A stretch of DNA of 64,000 bases from Chrysomallon squamiferum (lineage: Eukaryota > Animalia > Mollusca). Positions within the stretch are counted from its first letter, which is position 1. Each line of letters starts with the position of its first letter. The position numbers were made by a program, and so were the translations under genes. Below are positions 1 through 12,148 of the stretch, piece by piece. The stretch spans positions 11,284,001 to 11,348,000 of the forward strand of contig CM022677.1 in the NCBI GenBank assembly GCA_012295275.1, read 5' to 3'. The notes below the pieces were generated by a model that did not search any database, had not been told where the DNA came from, and was given only the letters and a program-made list of their open reading frames with translations.

Positions 1-344
1 ACAACTGCTACTACTACTGTAACTATTACAATAACAACTGCTATTTCTAATCTTGTAATTCAGATTTCTTTATGATCGCCTTTTTTAATTATATTAACAA
101 TATCATTTGTTTAGTCTGTTTATATTTAGTTACGTATGTTCAACTCGTGTATAATTAATTTATTACTAAAACACGTGCCAGTGATAACATGACTTATTAA
201 TCTGTCGTGTCAAGAGCAATGTTTACTTCTCTGTTCAGCTTGTTACTGAAACACGTGTTAGATATAACATGACCTACTAATCTGTTTTGCCAAGACTAAA
301 GTTGATTAAATATAGATAAAGATTATTTCAGTACAAAGTCAACT

Positions 345-348
<4 letters not shown>

Positions 349-419
<71 letters not shown>
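349..419. repeat. (GA)n microsatellite, representative of many GA/CT, CA, TA, TAA and TAG tracts (e.g. 4951-5023, 18104-18185, 21435-21523, 44397-44482, 52530-52644, 58514-58626)
   Basis: Perfect dinucleotide and trinucleotide runs directly visible. Confidence 0.98.
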
Positions 420-423
<4 letters not shown>

Positions 424-984
424 AGTTCTTAATAAATAAAACATTTTAACGCCCGAATAGAAAAGATAAATAAGTAAATAAATGAGAAAAAAAACATTAA
501 GACTAAATAAATAAACATTAATAAACAGCAAATAAAAAATAAACAAATAAACAAATACATAAATAAACAAGTTAACAAATAAATAAATAAATAAATAAAT
601 AAGTAAATAAATAAATAAATAAGTAAATAAATAAATAAGTAACAACAATAATACTAAAAACAGTAAGAAAAGCAGAAATAGTAGTGCTGGCAGTACAAGG
701 AAAAAGTAACAGCTCTGCCAAAAATAATAAAAGTACTGAATCACGTCAACTATCTAATTAAACTGAAAACACCTTATCTGTGTTCATAGACGCCACATTT
801 AGTCAAAATGTATCAACAAGTTAAGAAAAAAAAATTAATAATAAAAGAATAATAAGAAAATGTTTTCTCGGTGTTCATTTCTCAAAATTTGCTCCAACCT
901 GCAAGAAAAACAAATTTAAAAATCAGTATTTTAAGTAGTTCAAATGACTAAAAATTAAAATCTACCGCAGTAACCTTAATAATA

Positions 985-1720
985 GTTTTAAGGTCAGGGT
1001 TAGAAATAGACTTTGCATAAGAATAAAAGTGAGGCTCTTCTTTAGGGCTTTAGGTTAGGGTTATGGTTCGGGCTTGGATTATGTAAATTGTATTATGAGT
1101 GTTATGATAAAGTGGAAAATAATTTTAGGCTCACGATTAGAAGTAGCGTTAGCATATGAATCAAGGATCGGGCCTTGAGTAAGATTAGGTTTAGAAGTTC
1201 GGCTATGGGTGAGGATTAGGCTTAGGATTAGGGTTAGTGTTAGGATTGTTCAAAATATATTATTGAGTCTTATGATAATCTGCAAAACCGTTTTATGATC
1301 AGAGTTAGTGTTGGCATTAGAATTAAACTTAACGACTGCGTTAGTGTTAGGAGTAGCGTTAACATAAGAATCCACGTTGTGGACTTGGGTAGGATTACGT
1401 TCAGAAGTTGAGCTAGGGTTAGGGTTAGATTAGGTTAGAGGTTAGATTAGGTTAGAGGTAAGATTAAGGGTTATTGTTTGGGTTAGGCTTAGGATTACGG
1501 TAGTGAGGAAAATAGTTTTAGTGTCAGAGTTAGAAATCGTCTTTGCATAAGAATGAAGGTTAGGTATTTCTTTAGCTTAGGGTTAAGGTTAGGGTTAGGG
1601 TATTGTAAATATTACTATAAATGTTATAATAATATGAAAAATAAGCTTAGAAAAACATTAGAAGTATCGTTTGTGTAAGAATTAAGGTTTGGGGTATTGG
1701 CATTAGAATTACCTTACGTC
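985..1720 (+). repeat. Degenerate TTAGGG (telomere-like) complex repeat
   Basis: Many TTAGGG/TTAGGT/TTAGGA hexamers (e.g. ggttagggttagattaggttagagg at 1418-1445, ttagggttaaggttagggttaggg at ~1577-1600) inside longer degenerate repeated blocks. Confidence 0.7.
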
Positions 1721-2639
1721 ATTAGTTTTACACTATCAACAAATTCTACCGTGTATAAACAAAATTCTGAGACGAAGATGATGTAAAAATGACACTAACT
1801 TCGTCCTTCAGCAAGCATCATAATATTATTTTAGATGTCGTAATATGCGACAGTTTTGGCAGCCGGAAAATAACGATTATCCCAAATAAATCTTTCTTTG
1901 GAAAATGATTTAAATTGAGAATGATAAAAACGAATTATCAGATATTTTCTTTTTACGTGCAGCGTCACGTAAAATACCACACAAACAGAAAGATTCATTT
2001 GTTGTATTCAATTGTTACATCGTAAACCTGTAATATATTCTTACATTTTTCCTGTAAAAACGCCTTCTGATAAAATCAGCACCACTGTTTATGTGACAAA
2101 CTTATTATCGAGTGATTTTTAACTCGTTACAGTTATGCAGAAACAGTGGTAAGATTTGTGGCCTCTTCTTTATGAAACCGGAAAGTATAATCAGAAATAT
2201 GGAGGACCTTCTATAGTAATATTAATTAACAAATTATGTTCAGAGTTATTAATGTAATTAATAAAATATTAAGTTATTTTCGTTGATTTTAATTTTCATT
2301 GTATAACCTGCGCTTCTGATAACTTGAGAATAAACGACTAAAACGTGACTTCTTTTTTTAAAACTTTTTCAGCATATTTTAACCTTGAGATATCCCGTTT
2401 ATTTTGTAATAGGAGCACTATTCATAAACGTGAATTGAGACTGATACAAAATGATATAAAATATAGGTTATTTAAACCAAATCTCAATGTATTCATTAAA
2501 ACAGCTCTACTGGCAGTAAATATAAACTTTGCATTAAATAAATTTGCAGAAAATGATTCATCCTATTAAAGTATATTAATTTACAGTACTGCTAGTAACT
2601 AAAGGATAATTACTGATGTGACATTCAAGTTAATAGAAG

Positions 2640-3359
2640 TAAAGTGTAACTTCTCACGTGTTCAGTATTAATTTTTAATTTTTATTTTAATTTTTTTTGT
2701 AGTGTAGAAACTGTAACTCAGTTTAAGAGAAAAATATTGTCACAATAGAGTGGCTTCCCCTGTATATCTAGTCATTAAATTATTTATTTCTGAATTTACA
2801 AGTCGATCGCTGAATGCCACTATAAAATTAATAGATCCAGATTAAAGTTATATTTGATTAACAGCAGAACAGATTTCACTAAAAAGCTCTGTGTGATGCT
2901 GAAAACTGAGCTTTTACTTTATAAGAATCAATTCATTTTTGTTGATACGTTGATAATAAATGATGTCAGCATAAGCGCAGTTTTCACAGCGACATTTACT
3001 GTTATCAAGATTATTCTTGAAAAGCCGATGATATTCCTTTAGCTGACAGTTTATATATATATATATATATGATGCAAATCAAAGGTGAACGTGATAAAAT
3101 ATCGATGTAAGCAATGTTTTTTTTTACTAAGATGGAACGTAATTTCCGCTCAGTTTAGTCGTATAAGCTGCACAGCTGGTACTAAATAAAAACGTAAATT
3201 CTGTCGAGCAGTCTTAAATTATCTTCAGAAAACTACCAAATTAAATATGATATTATACACAGAAATTAAAGATTAACTGGTATAATATTGGTTACCATAT
3301 TTTAAAATATGGTTTATTTGAAAGGCCCTCTGTATTTCTCAACAACAACAAAATATATA

Positions 3360-3394
<35 letters not shown>

Positions 3395-3808
3395 ATATAT
3401 AGTTTTATAAAAATTTGTTTTAGAGAGCCATGAAAAGATATTATCAGTAGTAAACAATTAAAAAAAGAAACATTAAGCTTATCCAGCAGCGCAGTTTATA
3501 AACCAAAATGTAGAATCAGGAAAAATAATATGATATTTTATATTTATTTCGAATTCTTCACCTTTTCCTGTATTTTTTACTTAACAGTGTCTTCGCCTCG
3601 GAAATTTATTTTACGTGGTAGACTGTAAAATTGATGACATAATCGAGATGCATAAAGTTATAGATAGAACAATAATAATAATAACTAGTTTGGACTGTTC
3701 ATAGAGAGAAGCAGGCGGCGACAGAAAAAGTGTTGTAGAATTTATGGATTGACAGAGAAACACACGAACAGATATGGGTATATGTATTGGCTGTTAGAAA
3801 AAGAAAAT

Positions 3809-3846
<38 letters not shown>

Positions 3847-4363
3847 CAAGTTGTGTGCAAGTGTATGTGTGTATGTGTGTACTTAAGGAAATTATAATTT
3901 TTGTATGTGTTATCTGAGGCATGTACGAGAAATAGATACAGACTTAGATACAGAGAGAAAGACAGACTGATGTGAATGTGAAAGGATGAGTTGGTACGTA
4001 CATATTATCTGTGAGAAAGAGTTAATGCGTTTGGTGTCAAATAACTGCTGTATGTGAAAGACAGTGTCCTTGTTTATTTATAAATAAATACAAGTTCCAA
4101 GTGTTTTGATTGTTGATGTCTTTTCAAAAAACCCAAGAAAAATGATATAAAAAACAGAATTATTAATTGGATTATTTTAATGATTTATTCTTATATTACT
4201 GTCTTGATTTTGAATTGTTGTTATTAACTTTAAAAGATATTTGTAGATAGCTGAAATTAATCAGATTAAAAAAAATTTTAGCACCTATTAAAACCAAGTC
4301 TTTTTTAAAACACATTTGCGGTAATTTTTATTTTAAAGAAATGAAAATGAAATTATGTATGTC

Positions 4364-4405
<42 letters not shown>

Positions 4406-4943
4406 TATAATAAAATTTAAAGAATTAAAAATTAATTTGCTTGATTATGGCATCATTATGACAGCCTATGACAGTAAAAGTAAAATGGGTTCATTGTACA
4501 AAATCTTAAAGGCATATGTCACTATAATTCATTATTAGAATTCATTGTTAAAAAAGTGGTGTTTAGTTTTATCTTAAAATGTTATTGTAATTATATTTCT
4601 TATTTAACAAACTTCAGTTTGATTAGTAACATCATGCAGAGTGATCTTGACTGCTCAAAATTTATATGAAAAATTCATTGTTTTTATTCAAGGGACAAAT
4701 CGAAAACAAATGTTTTTAGCAAAATAGGAATTTTACAATAATTAATAAAGTAATAATAATAACTCAAATAAACAAATAATGGAAATTGGCTCTTTATAAA
4801 ATGTTGGGAGTAAATATATGGTTCTACTGAAAAATTTTGTTCTAAATCATTTTAAAGAATTAGCTAAATCCATCTAAATGTAGCAAATCAAATTTAGCCT
4901 GACGCTGCTAAGGGATATAACTTTAACGTGTTTGTAAATATAC

Positions 4944-5028
<85 letters not shown>

Positions 5029-6745
5029 AATGATTATGTCAGATTATCTTTTGCTAGTTGATAAATACACAAGACGTTGATCAATATATACATAATAAAA
5101 ATAAAAACACACAAAGACTATTCTTTCTTTATTTATTTTTATTTTAAATAATTTGAAATATTTTCCATTTTCATTATTGTTTTTAGATAAGATGCAATGA
5201 GTTTGAATTTGCAAATGTCAGGATTTAAAACAGTTAAGTATTTGTACTGCCACCAATTTATGTAACATAACCTGGCTATATTTTATTGTTAAGCAAAAAC
5301 TCCAAACATTGCTAAAATTATTTAATGTACTGAATTTGCATAATCTTACAATAGCACTTAGAATAAAAAATGAAAATTTGAATCTGAAAGCTGGAGAAAT
5401 ATTTACTATAATTCTTAACAGCAAAGACTGTTAGGGACTATTTTAATCACTTTCTTTGTTGTCATATGCATTTCTGAACTGTTTTACCAGATTTCCTTAA
5501 GTCTGTATTAGGACCCCTGCTACTGTTGCTTAAGTAAACACGTTTATTTCTCCAGATGATAACTTGTGCAGGGCAATTGCTAGTGATGTCTACCAATTAC
5601 ACCATAACAAAACATGAGGTGCTAGATTTTTGTACAAACAAACCAGCTTTAATTTTCATGCAGCTTGGAAATATATTAAATACCAAATTCTACTTCATTT
5701 TTTAAAGATCTTAATATTATTTGTTTTAATTTTTTTTTTATTTATTTATTTTTTTTTTTGTCCTAGTTTGTTAACTGAATTAAAGAGAAAATACAAATTA
5801 TAAAATAATTGGAAGACATTTCCATCTGCACATTTTTTAACTAATTTTTTGAATGTTTCCAAAATGTAAACAGCAAATTACAAAATACTTGGAAAAATTT
5901 CATTTATGTACATTTTTTCTCTTATTTTTTAATTTTAATTTTTTTATCATTTTTAAATTATTATTTCCTTTTTTTAAAGATTCCTTCCTGAAATAATTCT
6001 ATTATTCTTTCTAAAATGGGAAAGGCAAATTATAAAAACTGGCAGAAATGTCCAAACAGAAATAAATGAATATTTAAGTTTTACTATCTATCCAGGTTTT
6101 TAAGTAATTTCAACCTGAAGATCCATAATTACATAATTTTAAAAATATTTAGACAATGATTACCCCCAGCAAACCCTTGATTTCCCTGGATTTAAATAAT
6201 AAGAAAACAAAATCCTTTTTTTTTATAATAAAACATTCAGATTACCATAATTACATAATCTTCAATTTTGATTTTCCTCCGATTTAAATAATATTAAAAT
6301 AAAATATTTAATTACCACTAATTGCATAATTTTCCCCCGATTTAAATATATTAAAAAAAGGTTTTCTTTTTTGCTTTTTATAAAAAAATACTAATTACCC
6401 CTAATTACATAATCTTCAGTTATATTTACATTGATTACCTCAGCAAGCCCTTGATTTCCCCTGATTTAAATAATAATAAAGAAAAAGAGAAGAAATTCTA
6501 ATTATTTCTAATTACAAAATGTATCACATTCATTTTAGCTTATTTACAAAGATGTCTTCCATAGCAGTGATGAATCTCCATTCCTCTTTCAGTGAAAAAA
6601 ATTAGAATAACCAAGCACACATCAAAGATAAAAACAGTGCAAGCTGCTATGAAGTACAGTGTGTACACTGGATGTTCTGATTACATTGACAATGCAGTCT
6701 CTTGGAGATCACTGAGTTTTTGAAATTCAAATTACATTTCAGACA
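2640..6745 (+). repeat. Segmental duplication block, present inverted at ~45480-50255 (partial extra copies at ~46400-47480 and ~63790-64000)
   Basis: Long stretches match in reverse complement. ORF 2854-3042(+) MINSRTDFTKKL corresponds to ORF 49845-50033(-) MINSRTDYTKKL; 6640-6715 matches 45505-45600. Confidence 0.92.
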
Positions 6746-8355
6746 GATTTTCTCTTGAAAGACTGTGATGTAATTACTTTCTGGTGAATCTTTTCTGAAA
6801 ATGTGTCTTACAACATTTTCCACTGAAGTGCTGGCTAAGGCAGCTTGAATCTGTTGTCTAGGATCCTACAACTAAATATAATATTCATTAATAAACAAAA
6901 CATAAAATAAAGTGAAAGAAGCTCTAACTGCATTTCCCTGTCTTATCATGAAGAATTTTAGTCCAAATTTGTATTTTTTCCATACAATTTAAAATTAAAA
7001 TAATTTATTAAAGGTTTTTATATTCTTAATTTCAATCAGATTAATATTGTAAATATCTTTCACCTGTTTTAAATCTATCTTTTTTCTGAGATTAGAGAGA
7101 GATATTAAAAATAGCAAATTACAAATTTATACAACTGTTCTGTTCACTGCTCTATTAGGCTGGCATGTAAATTATTACAAAGTTTGTTCTTGCATAAACC
7201 ATTATTACATTGATTCTGTACTAACATCATTTAAAATATCAAGCAAATAGGCATGCTTTATGAAACATTTATATAAAATTATCAGTATATAAAAATAAAA
7301 TCATCAAAGAAGACAAACAGTGTAAATATTTAAATTTAATTAAATGTTAATTTAATCTGAAATAATCCTGACAATTTTTCTTAAAAAAGTAAAGTGCTGC
7401 AATCCATATAAGAAAAACTGCTGACAGAAGCTTGGAATTTCCTACACAAACAGTTCTACAGATTTCCTACAATCACTCATCTAGATCCATTACTAAAATA
7501 CACCATTAACGTAAATGAAATAACAATAAATCATTTCTTAATCATACTTCAGGCTCTGAATAAAACAAACTTGAACTTAAACATACTGAAACATAAATAA
7601 ATCCTAGTGAAAACATTAAATTATCTCTCAAAATGCTGTTTTATATATTAATAAATACAAAATACAAAATAAAAGATTATACTTTAGCTATTAAAGTGCA
7701 GATCACTTAATAACTAAAAACAATATTATTTGCTTGAGTATTATTTTGAGTATTATATTTCGCCACCAAACATAAAACTAATCTTCATGACATTCTTGTC
7801 AGTTTAAGGGAAACACACATAAAATTCTAGGCGGGTACCTTGTACCTGATACAGGGCTGGGAGACCTCCAAGATTAAAGACCTCGCAAGCTGGAAAGAGT
7901 CCCCCCATGCAACATCAAACAGTGGGTGTGTAGTGTGTAGAAAACCACAACAGGCCAGACAACAAAATCCCAGTGCTGCATGTATGGAGCTTCTCTAAAA
8001 GTCAAAAACAGTTTACTGGTGTAACTATTGTAAGGCTTAGAAAAGGTATACAAGATAACTATATGAGACATCCAAATATAATTTCTTGTAATAATTTGTT
8101 TAACAATAAAAATATCTTGTATTAAAAAAGCTATTTTAGTTTATAAGAACTATATGTCCTATTAAACTTCTACACATGTGCATTTTAATTTTGTTATTAT
8201 ATATCTGTAATACATTCTTCTCTGTACGTAATCTACAGTTTATGAGAATAAAGTCATTGTCACTGTACACCTGAGTCTCATCTCCTATAAAAACACACAA
8301 TATATTTGTCCTGTAGAATTCTCTGGTTATTAATTATTACTCCTTTTTATATTTA

Positions 8356-8386
<31 letters not shown>

Positions 8387-10825
8387 AGTCAAAATACAGA
8401 GAAAAGTAAAAAGAACCTTAGAATCAGAATGTGATCTGTTATTTTTATAATTGCTGTGACATTTCATGATTATTCCTTAGTGTATTATATTTTCATGTTT
8501 GCTGCTTAATTCAGTATAAGAGAAAATATTTTGCATAGAATTTTGTGAAAAACTGAAACAAATGGAAAGGTTTATAATGAATAATGTATTTAAATACCTG
8601 CTGGACAGCACCAAATACTTCAACTCTACTGGAGACTCAAGCTGCTCTTTGTTCCAAAATGTCAATTCAATTTTTTTTTTTTTTTTATCAACAATTTTTT
8701 TAATATTTTTATCCTTAACAAGCTGATTTAACCTCTGAAAATAAACAGTTTAAATCCACAGTTTAGTATATTGGTTTCTTCATTTCCTATAAATACATGA
8801 TGAAAGATCTGAATGTCAGTCAGTAAATAATGACATTTCCTTGTTATTAAATGATTCAATAAATTAAGTCAGCACGAATCAATATAATTATAGTAAACTA
8901 AAAATTGAAATATAACCTTTTTTAAATCTTTTGTTTTGTATTATAATGGAATTTAATGATGCAGTTATGAATTTAAATTATTTACTGAAAGATAACAAAT
9001 ATGTGTAAAACAAAGATGAATTTGAATCACATAATTAAAGCTAAAACATAATTTTTCATTCAGAAAACACCTTTAACAAAATTAATATAGATCTGTTTTT
9101 TCTATATGAACTGATTTAACTAAAAAGGGTAAACTACATAGCTACTATTATTATTAATAATACTACTGCTACTATTACTAAACTAGTTATTATTACTACT
9201 GCTGCTACTATTACCTACTACAACTACAGCTATATTAACTCCTTTACTACATTAGCTTTTATTATCACTATCCTACTATGTTAGCTATTAGTATTATTAT
9301 TATTGTGAGGAACTGAACTAAAATAACAATCTAAAAATACATCAACACCATTAATGTGTCTGAGGTTTATTTCTTGTTGTTTACACATAAAGTACTTGGG
9401 AAATTCCTCCAAGACACCTGGGACATTAATATATGGTGAACACTTTCACTGGTGCTTTCTTCAGGAATCCAGGACAGTAACAGTCTGCCAGTAAATGTTA
9501 TCTGTGTGACTGTGGTGAAAGAGAGTTCAAGAGAGAAGATAGAATATCAGGCAAGGGAGAAAGATGTTTGAGACAATTACAATTACTATACTTTTATAAG
9601 ATTATATTGTTATTGTATATCATGAAGTATAAATAGGCAGAGGAAATAAAGATGTAATTGAAGTGGAACGTGAGTAGTTTTTGTATGCACCTGGCCACAA
9701 ATAGGACTGAGTTTAAATTTACAGACAATTGTCAAATTTAAAAACAGACAGTTGTTAAGTCTGAAATGAGAACAATCAAGAAACAATTAAAGTGAGAGGC
9801 AGCTGGACTTTCCAGAAAAATGCAGATGAAGACAAACTGAGGAGCATTGATGGAAAATGAAAGAAAGGGATAATTACCACAGAAAATACATTAATGAACT
9901 TCACTGTGATAGAACACATACTAATGCAGTTATTACCACTGAGAAGTGAGATGTTCCCAGAGTTCTGAAGTTGCAAACGAACGGAAAAACAAAGAACATT
10001 AACAACACCTGTGGTGAGAGAGAGGGAGAGAAATGTATTACAACATAAACTGTGTGGTGGATAAACATTGACATCATCAGGATAATTAACAGACTGATTC
10101 TATGATTGTGTTGCTATTTTGCTGTTTTGCTTCACTTTGAGTTTAAATGTAAATTGTCATTATTGACCACAAACAGTGAAAGGTAGGTGATTGTGAAATG
10201 TTTGAATGTGAACGTTTTTTATTATTTAAAGTTTTAGTATTAATTAACTGAACTATACTGGCATTCCCTCAATCAAACTGTTATAATATGTAAGCTAAAA
10301 CTGATATGAGTAACTGGGGATTAATGGGGAAATTGTAAAAGCTATGATCTGATGAATCTCCTACAAACTATAATTGCATAAAGAGGCGTGGCCTATAACT
10401 GTAAAGTTGAATTTCACATGACCAGTTGTTTACATGTGTGGACACAATTATGGCCAGTGATGGTGTAGACAACATATGAGGTAAACAGCTCTGAGTGGCA
10501 GCAATTAGGTGCATCTGGTTAGGAAGTAAATTTAATATAAAGATTCTTGGAGAGGTGAGTTATAATCTGATAGTAAAAACTTGAAATACTGAATTAAAAC
10601 AAAGTTAATAAATGATTTTGATATTTCACTTTAGTGTGTAATAATGAATTCTACGTAAAGTAAATTTGTATTTAAAAAACACTATAAATTAAAATACTAA
10701 TTTAAATAAAAGTTTAAATTGACAGATATATATAATACTGGCTGCTGGCATGAGCATGGCATAACTTGCTTTTTGTAACATGTCACTGAATTCCCAGCTG
10801 ACTTTAATTTATAAAGCTTTGCAAA

Positions 10826-11500
10826 ATGGTGAAAACTAAAAAGCTAAAAGATCAGGTGGCAGAGTTGCAGGCTGCTTTAAAGGAAGAAATAGCTGTGACT
10901 CAATGACTTAATGAGGAATTGCTGAGTACTAAACAAGGTGAGAGCACTAAACCTGTTTTTTTTATCTTGTTGAGATAAAGGTGAGAAAATTTAATGGGTC
11001 AAACAATGGCCACAAATTTTGAGATTTTCAGGATCAGGTAGAAAGGACATTTCTACACCAGAACCTTGTAGAAAAGGAGCTTTTAAGATGAAGCGAAAGA
11101 AGAAATTAGGTTGACGTCACAACAAGACCAAGAGAATCCAGAAGTGGTCTGGGATGTTCTGCATAAGAGTTTTGAAGAAAGATAATCAGTGACATGAACT
11201 TCAGAAGTTATTTTTTGATTGATCACAGAAGGACGGTGAATCAATGAGAGAATTCACTTACTGTCTGTCTGAATTATTAGACAGAGTGTACAGGAAAAAC
11301 ACAGCTATGGTGCCCGACAAGAATAATACCTTGTTGCACCAATTTGCTGAAAATGTGAGAGACTTAAGTCTGAAGAAAGAATTAAACAATTAGTCCAGCA
11401 GAGAGCTGGCATGACCTTTCGTCAGTTACGGGAAGAAGTCTTTAAACTGTTGGAAGATATGAGGTGTTCCAGCACTGCAAAACACAAATAACATACAGAA
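10826..11500 (+). mobile_element. Decayed Ty3/Gypsy-type LTR retrotransposon gag relic
   Basis: Translation across stops and frameshifts gives MVKTKKLKDQVAELQAALKEE..., EIKVRKFNG, EAKEEIRLTSQQDQENPEVVWDVLHKSFEER, FFD*SQKDGESMREFTYCLSELL, LLHQFAENVRDLSLKKEL and MTFRQLREEVFKLL. This is the motif order of aquatic Gypsy/PNMA-like gag. A 38-bp tandem duplication follows at ~11510-11586. Confidence 0.72.
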
Positions 11501-12148
11501 CAGTGCTTGCAGATGTCACTTCTTCACCATCAACAGATCATATGCTAGCAGATGTCACTTCTTCACCATCAACAGATCATATGCTAGCAGAAGCAGATAG
11601 AAAATCTATCTGATATGTTTGCAACTACACTGCAACTTATTCAGCAAACTACTTCTCCACCAGTGTTCAACCCTCCTGTTTGCTTTAGCTGCAACAGCTC
11701 TGGCCATTTCACTGGGGATTGCACTAGAAACAGGCAGAGAGATTTTCCCAGAGGTATGGGGATAAGTAGAAGAGGAGGAAATCAGTACCCATAAAAACAC
11801 AATTACTTTAAGTATTCAAAACAGTGTAGATTAAATTCAATACAAAGGTATTGTCTCTGTTTTTGAAGGTAACAAAATACAGTCCATATAAATATAAAGT
11901 CAGTTTAAATATTGAAAATCAAACTATTAATGTATAAAATACAGTCAATTTCAGTATTAAACTTTAAGAGAATAGTTAAAATGCTAAAGACAAAATCTTA
12001 CTAGACAGAAAAGCAATTACAGTAAAGTATAAAACAAAGTCAAAGTAGAATAGCAGATGACATCTTGACGTACTGAAAAACAAAGTGTATTAATTAACAA
12101 AGTCAGTTTCAGTATTAAAATACAAAAAGACTTCAAGTAAAGCATCAC

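Noticed and set aside
328-744. 138-aa hydrophobic ORF and similar ORFs (21347-21965, 22373-22591, 30973-31686, 57760-59164)
   Set aside because: These are translations of microsatellites or T-rich low-complexity DNA.
2854-3042. ORF conserved in two copies (also 49845-50033)
   Set aside because: The conservation is explained by the recent segmental duplication. It has a TTG start and no domain signal.
9416-10760. Gypsy pol 3' end, LTR and PBS upstream of the gag relic
   Set aside because: The sequence is purine-rich and coding-like with a TGGCATGAGCATGGCA PBS-like motif near 10746, but no second LTR or clear pol motif could be verified.
11606-11800. Minus ORF as the next MCC exon
   Set aside because: It has no MCC-like motif and overlaps the tail of the plus-strand Gypsy relic.
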